Source of the DNA: Octopus vulgaris
Taxonomy: Eukaryota
Length of the DNA: 64,000 bases
Assembly (NCBI GenBank): GCA_951406725.2
Contig: OX597830.1
Coordinates: 77,624,001-77,688,000, forward strand
Direction of reading: 5' to 3'
Shown here: positions 55,681 to 64,000 of the stretch, in pieces
Layout of the letters: each line of letters starts with the position of its first letter
Position numbering within the stretch: position 1 is the stretch's first letter
Made by a program: the position numbers and the translations under genes
The notes under the pieces: generated by a model
Seen by the model: the letters and a program-made list of their open reading frames with translations, nothing else
The model's database searches: none
What the model was told of the DNA's origin: nothing

Positions 55681-56090
55681 ACCCTGCCCTGTCCCTAGCC
55701 ATATTCAGATGGCTTTAGTCCCTTATGTTATCGAGCAGTTACTGTCTATATCTCTTTTAGAGAATTATTATTGCTTTCGAAGAGATTTTCGAAATCAGCA
55801 AATGTATTTTGCTTGAAAATCTATATATGAATATCCTGCAGAGTGAGAATTCGTCGAGGAAGCGGAAGCCTACCACACGCCGACGATAGGCAATACACCT
55901 TGAAACCATGGTCCGTGTGTGGTTTCCGCTTCATCGGGGAATTACCTCCCTTTGCAGGATAAGGACACCGTGACGGTGTCGAGCCTTTCTGGTGACGTCG
56001 ATGTTCGCCTGGGGCTAAATGCAACAGTAACACCCCCACCACCCTGCCCTGTCCCTAGCCATATTCAGATGGCTTTAGTCCCTTATGTTA
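55679..56090. mobile_element. 360-bp-period structured element with identical 52-bp direct terminal repeats, inserted in (TA)n
   Basis: 55679-55730 equals 56039-56090; multiple internal helices; homology blocks shared with 24005-24228. Confidence 0.85.
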
Positions 56091-56382
56091 TATATATATA
56101 ATTTACAATATAAGGGCAAAAGAATTATAATGGTTTATTGACAATTCGTGTCTTTTTTTCGGCATATTTGGCATTAGAATTTTTCTTTTGCCCTTATCTT
56201 GTAAATTATTTATAAATTTAACCTTTAAATGTATTTTTTGATATGCTGGCCATTGATAAGATTTTTTTCCCGAAAAAATGTTATCCTACATTAGTTATAT
56301 ATATATATATACCGGAGTAAACACATAAATGTGAAACAAGGTGGAAAAAAGAGTACTCAAATACCAGTGGTAGAGTAATAAA

Positions 56383-56420
56383 CTGTCTGATGAACGGCAA
56401 CGAGAAACTCAGAGTAACAG
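56383..56420 (+). ncRNA. Minimal type I hammerhead ribozyme motif (weak stem II)
   Basis: ctgt-CTGATGA-acg gcaa cga-GAAA-ctc a gag-TA-acag: stem I ctgt/acag, intact core, stem III ctc/gag, GUA cleavage triplet. Confidence 0.7.
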
Positions 56421-56505
56421 ATTTTGTTGAATTTTCTGCTGCTTTAAATAAAGTATATATATATATATATGTATATATGCAGAGAGGGATAAACGCGTTT
56501 GTGTG

Positions 56506-56540
<35 letters not shown>

Positions 56541-56870
56541 GTGCGCGCGTGCGAGTGAGTATGTGTGCGTGTATTACATGTTTCAGCCATAGAGTGCGGC
56601 CATGTAGGAGCACGGCCTTGAAGTGCTTAGTTGAACATATCAACCCCATAATTAAATTTTATTAAGGTAGAAGACTGTTGTGCATGGTGCTATGCAATGG
56701 GACTGAACCTGGAAACACTGTCAATACCTGGAAGTACTGTCAATGAATACGGAAGTGAGGTTTTGAATTTTGCGGAACTGTTACAGCGTAAGAGGAAATG
56801 CATTGTATCATATGATCCAGTACTCTGTTGTTCTTGTCATCACGAATTTTGCTGCTACTGCTACTGCAGT

Positions 56871-56930
<60 letters not shown>

Positions 56931-57147
56931 TACCACTACCACTACTACTACTACTTCTGCTGCTGCTGCTGCTGCTTTGTACTCAGTTGACCCTTACTGA
57001 GCCAATCTACGATCAAAGATACTGCTTCCAGTAGACACTTCTTTCTTTTCTTCCTTCCACATTTTTATCATCGGAAATTTAACTAGAACATATATAATAC
57101 ATACATGTCTATATTGATGATATATAATACATACGTATGTATACGTT

Positions 57148-57204
<57 letters not shown>

Positions 57205-57207
57205 ATG

Positions 57208-57240
<33 letters not shown>

Positions 57241-58166
57241 TCATACATACATACATACATACATACATACATACATACATACGCACATACATACATACAT
57301 ATGTCGCACTTTCGTGCATGCATACATCACAACATCGAGTTCAGTTTAATATCCTTGGCATTAGTACGTTTGTGAAAATATGTTTACGCATAAAGCCGTA
57401 TATAGTCACGTATTTATCCCATGGGGACACTTGCCCGGTGGATAAGATCAATGGAATCTTGTGGAGAAAAGTGATCCATGTGATAGAATCTCTATGTTAA
57501 ATCCCTTTTCGGGAATTTAATCCGAGCTCGAACACATGTGCCCGACGTGGTCGTTCAACCTGATAGAAATAAGTAAAAAAAATCTCTAACGTCTTTAGAA
57601 AATTGAATGACTTACTAGATTATACACTCCAAGATATACACTGCGGATGTTTACGGCTTGAAAGCCTCTGATCTCTAGACCATGATTGATGGATTGATTA
57701 CGGGCGAAACAACATAGAGGGAAATATGTATTCTAAGGATTGAAGAAGGGTCGAAACCGTGGAGATTTTAGTTTAAGAAAGATAAAAATCTGAATTTAAT
57801 GAGTAAAGAAATTATTTGTTCTGTGTTGTCGTTCGACGCTCTGTTATATCCTGCGAACTTTATCTTTCTCAGTATATAGATATAGTTTAGATTTAGAGAA
57901 AACGAAGCACAAAAAACGAAGACAGGTGTAGGAATAACAAACAGGTATATTTGTTTAACAATTATATATGTCTTTAATGGTTAGAGCCGATATTCTTCGA
58001 CAGAAAGGATTAAGAGGTAAAAAAAACGGTAAAAGAATATATATAGGTTGCGGAGAATAAAATGTCGTCTAAATTACGCAAAAATGAAAATAACACTGAC
58101 AATTCATTTTAACAGATATATTTACCAATATTACATAAAAATATCTTGAAATACTAATGAGTAAAT

Positions 58167-58433
58167 TCATTCAATAAAATTGCCATTGGTTTCAACCACA
58201 GCCTCCAGAAGACTTCGGAATCTCCTGCAACTTTCTGGACAGTCTCCTTGTTTAAGTTGGTAAATGCTGCCATAATCCTTTCCATGAGTTCATCTTTGGG
58301 TCTCTCGCCAAACTGTGCCCTACACATAATTAAGGGGGTTGTAGTTTGGGGAGTTATGTGGCCAGATGTTAGGTGTGATGTGGTCGCAGAAATTGTCTGA
58401 CAACTATGACTGGGTTATCCTGCTTGTGTGACA
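58167..58433 (-). pseudogene. Tc1/mariner (maT/DD37D-like) transposase C-terminal remnant
   Basis: CHTSRITQS*LSDNFCDHITPNIWPHNSPNYNPLNY (cf. WPPxSPDxNPLDY), KDELMERIMAAFTNLNKETVQK, CRRFRSLLEAVVETNGNFIE*. Confidence 0.85.
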
Positions 58434-58514
58434 TATATATCATATATCTGTGTGTATGTGTGTGTGTGTGTATGTGTGTGTGTGTATGTGTGTGTGTGTC
58501 GAATGGCACTGTGT

Positions 58515-59045
58515 GTAACCTGATCTCGATTTGCCACAGCAAATTTGGAGTTCCAGTCCTTCTTTAGTTTGTGACAGGCTGTCCATGCTTGTGCCTTCCT
58601 GATCCTCATGTTTGCTTCCGAGCTGCTCACATGAACACCTAAGTACTTCAGTAACTTACTTACTTGTACTTGTGGCGACATTCACCCTGGGCGGGTTGAG
58701 TCGGTTTCTTCCACCACTCTCGAGGCCATTGAAAATTCATGGAAGAAGTTTCGTGGAAATATGTGGATTTGACAAGCGGTCCCCAACAATCCCGCATGTA
58801 GAGACATCCTGTTTGCCGCAGATTGTCCGCAGATGCAGAGGCAAAACGACCGAGGAGCCGCCGGTTGCCGAAACAGACACTCCGAGGATTTTCACCAGAG
58901 CCTCGTCTGCCTGGTTGTGGCCCTAATACCACTCGGTGTCAGACCAATCCGCCTTGGGTGGCCCTACCAGGAACCGAAGTTCCCGACGGCATAGCTCTGA
59001 CACTACCCGTTGCCAGGGTCCCCACCACGGTGAGGAGGGGATGGA
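58515..59045 (-). mobile_element. Internally deleted RTE-clade LINE: 5' UTR joined to an RT-thumb fragment
   Basis: Minus strand cgtggtgggg...agagctatgccgtcggg...ctggtagggccacccaaggcgga resembles RTE/BovB 5' UTRs; KYLGVHVSSSEANMRIRKAQAWTACHKLKKDWNSK at about 58545-58650. Confidence 0.7.
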
Positions 59046-59317
59046 CTTTGGGGACCCAGTAACCTCTCAACGCAAACAGTTCAGCATCCCTTGATTGGCT
59101 GAAAGACGTGTATTCAGTTTTCTTGACATGTGTGTGCAATCCTATTTTAGCATCTGATGTTTGTACTCTGCTGAGCAGCTGTCGTTCTTGATTTGTTTCA
59201 TTAGGAATATATTATCTATATAGACGTATGTATTATATATTTTATCCATTTTGGTGGTTTTGAGTTTTCTACTGCTCTTTCTAGCATAAGGCTTTCCTAT
59301 TTGGAAGCCTCTTATTG

Positions 59318-59370
<53 letters not shown>

Positions 59371-59451
59371 CAAATTGAGATAGGGGTTGTAAATGCAACC
59401 CTCCATGGGATAACATATATCCAATATGAGACATACTTATCTGCATGGCCG

Positions 59452-59694
59452 AAACAACTGTAAGATATAGTCTAAATTTATATTTATATGTACTTATATT
59501 TACATTCTCTTATACATATTCTACTTATTGTATAACATTACTCTTTTATGTACACTCCTTTCTGTACACTGTTCTGTTCTACATCATTATGTTTAACCTT
59601 ATAGTTTCTTATGTGGTGGTTTAATAAAGTATGTGATTGAGTATTATCTGGTAATTGATATTTGATTTCGACGTATTTCTCCATTTTCTTATTT

Positions 59695-59768
<74 letters not shown>

Positions 59769-60185
59769 TATCTTGCAGATAGATATGCAAGTATATTGTA
59801 TATAGGATATTGAATCAGTATGCATGTACGCACGTACGTTTGTATGTACAACTCTCCATGAACATGCATACTTAACCGTAAACTTACATTAAATATGTTT
59901 TTTGTACATTCAGTAAACAACTGTAAGATATAGTCTAAATTTATATGCGTGCGTTATGTACTGTGCATATTTACATGTCTCTTATACATATTCTACTTAT
60001 TGTATAACATTACTCTTTTATGTACACTCACATTTCTGTACACTGTTCTGTTCTACATCATTATGTTTAACCTTATAGTTTCGTATGTGCTGGTTTAACG
60101 TAAAAGTATGTGATTGAGTTAAACTAATACATCTGATTTGTTTTGTATTTCGACGTATTTCTCCATTTTCTTTTTTGTAAACTCT

Positions 60186-60228
<43 letters not shown>

Positions 60229-60282
60229 TAGATATATATATATATATATTAGAATTTGAATATATATATACGCACGTATATA

Positions 60283-60314
<32 letters not shown>

Positions 60315-60360
60315 ACCAGTCGCCACCGTTAAATATGTTTTTGTACATTCAGTAAACAAA
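59452..60360. repeat. Imperfect tandem duplication, ~463-bp period
   Basis: aaacaactgtaagatatagtctaaatttatat starts at 59452 and 59915; taaatatgtttt..gtacattcagtaaacaa at about 59890 and 60330. Confidence 0.85.
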
Positions 60361-60433
60361 AACTATATAAACATATGCGTGCGTTTGTCTGTGCATAGTG
60401 CGTACGTGTGTTTTTGCGCGTGTATATATATAC

Positions 60434-60615
60434 ATGATAGACCGTTAGCCACTACACACATTTTTTTCTCCTTGTTTTTTCTGTGTCCTTTTCTATAAAA
60501 GAGCGTAGGCTCGAAACGTAAAAGCCTTTTTCTATTCCCGAGCGTTAAACTAATACATCTGTTTGTTTTGTACACCACCTGTCTTCGTCTTTTGTTTTTT
60601 TCGTAAACTCTCCCT
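60434..60615 (+). mobile_element. Penelope-type pLTR-like repeat with degenerate hammerhead motif (60489-60524)
   Basis: CTATAAA-a-gagc-gtag-gctc-GAAA-cgta-aaag; related minus-strand pieces near 17050 and 57900. Confidence 0.5.
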
Positions 60616-60669
60616 ATATATATATATATAACCAGTTTATACCAAAAAACCGTTTATACCAAAAAACAG

Positions 60670-61085
<416 letters not shown>

Positions 61086-61429
61086 GGAAGCAGAATCGAG
61101 ATGTTTGGTCCGAAGAGTTCAATGTTTACAGTACATTAACACGAAATTATTGAATTAACGGTCCGAAAACCGAAAAGGTTTTAAGGAAATAATTCAGTTA
61201 CCGAACGAACAGAATGACAGAATTACAGTTCAAGGTTCAGAGAACATATTCAAATTATTAAGGGAATGAGTTAACTGTTTATACGAAACAACTTGAAAAT
61301 GATATATAGCTGTTTTATGGCCCTGCCGGAACTTCAGTAATTGGAAGGTTATTACTTGTAAACTGAATACTTTAAGCTACAGAATTATATCACTCTGCAA
61401 CATTTCTTTGTGCTGTGTGTACGGTGGTG

Positions 61430-62930
<1,501 letters not shown>

Positions 62931-62942
62931 TAAATCAGAAAC

Positions 62943-63242
62943 GTGGAGGCACATGGTCTAGTGGTTAGAGCAGCGGACTCGCGGTCGAGGGATCGTGGGT
63001 TCGAATCTCAGACCGGGCGATGAGTGTGTTTATGAGCGAAACACCTAAGCTCCACGCGGCTCCGGCAGAAGGTAATGGCGAACTTCTACTGACTCTTTCG
63101 CCACAACTTTCTCTCACCCTTTCCTCCTGCATCTAGCAGCTCACCTGTGATGGATCGGCGTCCCGTCCAGGTGGGGAAGCTATACGCCAAGGAAACCGGG
63201 AAACCGGCCCTTATGAGCCATGCATGGCTCGAGAAGGAACAA
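62943..63242 (+). mobile_element. Full-length SINE family D, type 1, with an 11-bp TSD
   Basis: TSD aaatcagaaac at 62932-62942 and 63243-63253; A and B boxes intact. Confidence 0.9.
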
Positions 63243-63663
63243 AAATCAGAAACTAAATGTGCAAAATGGTGACTCTTGATCATTTTGTCTTATGCATAAG
63301 ATGGTAACCTGACAGAATCGTTGGACGGTCGGAAACAAAATACCTTGAGATATCTGCATCGGTTCTCTGAGTTTTCAAATTTCTCCAGTACCAATTCTAT
63401 TTATTTCAATTGAAATAAATATTGGATTCGATATGATCGATAAAACCCTACATCTGCGTAGTTGCAATCTGTTAGATGTACAAAAGGGAGAAATTGGTCT
63501 CGGTTTATATAAACTAATGCTTGGCGCTTCTAATCCGTATTATGCTACAGCCGAGAAACCGGGAAGTCGATAAAACGGCACCACTCAAAGTATTTTGATT
63601 GTAATCTAATAAGAGATACCTAGTCTCGTAGTCAGTTCAGAGTTACCTCTCTTTGCAGTGTCC

Positions 63664-63703
63664 GATACTGATGAGAAGATAATTACTTTGAAATGCATGC
63701 ATC
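63664..63703 (+). other. Degenerate minimal hammerhead-like motif
   Basis: gata-CTGATGA-gaag ataatta cttt-GAAA-tgcat-g-catc; palindromic helix III, but G at the cleavage position. Confidence 0.4.
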
Positions 63704-64000
63704 CATCAATCTTGATAAAGGTCGCTCCGAACTGATCTCGACTGCTTGCACCATTTTGTCTCTACAGCAAGAATATTTCTTCATGGCAAAATACAATGAA
63801 TGGTCTTCTTACGGGTTCGAATCCGTCTCAAACATTAGAACAGGTAACAAATTTTAGAATTTATTTAAAAACCTCTAGGCTAATGTTTTATCTGTCGATA
63901 ATCGGTAGATTCTCGCTATGTGCGTCCATTTAAACGTCATCTTCACGCCACTTGATAGATCACACATACTGTTATATATTTTAAGATATATCGTAAAATA

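Noticed and set aside
55832-55961. SECIS or HDV-like ribozyme reading of the rod hairpin
   Set aside because: No G.A tandem opposite AUGA, and no consistent P1/P3/P1.1 nesting found by eye.
62943-63020. SINE heads (also 6136, 14270, 22106, 24476) as true tRNA genes
   Set aside because: Acceptor stems are imperfect and each continues into a repeat body; one has a clear TSD.

Overview
AT-rich, gene-poor, repeat-saturated eukaryotic DNA. The SINE, microsatellite and Penelope content suggests an octopus or other coleoid cephalopod genome (inference, no search run). I find no intact host protein-coding gene and no intact tRNA/rRNA gene; nearly all ORFs in the track are microsatellite artefacts. 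The window holds: a ~17 kb (GGAT)n satellite with internal higher-order duplications (31.66-48.66 kb); many copies of several tRNA-like SINE families (my labels A, B, D, F, H); decayed CR1-like, RTE, probable L1/Tx1 and Penelope retroelement fragments; two Tc1/mariner transposase remnants; two non-autonomous Helitrons; and a 100-N gap. Most interesting signals: (1) a U6 snRNA copy fused directly to the CR1-like LINE 3' tail; (2) a structured ~360-bp element family, present once with direct terminal repeats and once as a 176-bp-arm foldback; (3) several minimal hammerhead-ribozyme motifs, one inside a tRNA-headed SINE-like element; (4) evidence that young SINE B copies insert at a fixed site inside older SINE B copies. 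All alignments and folds were done by eye.
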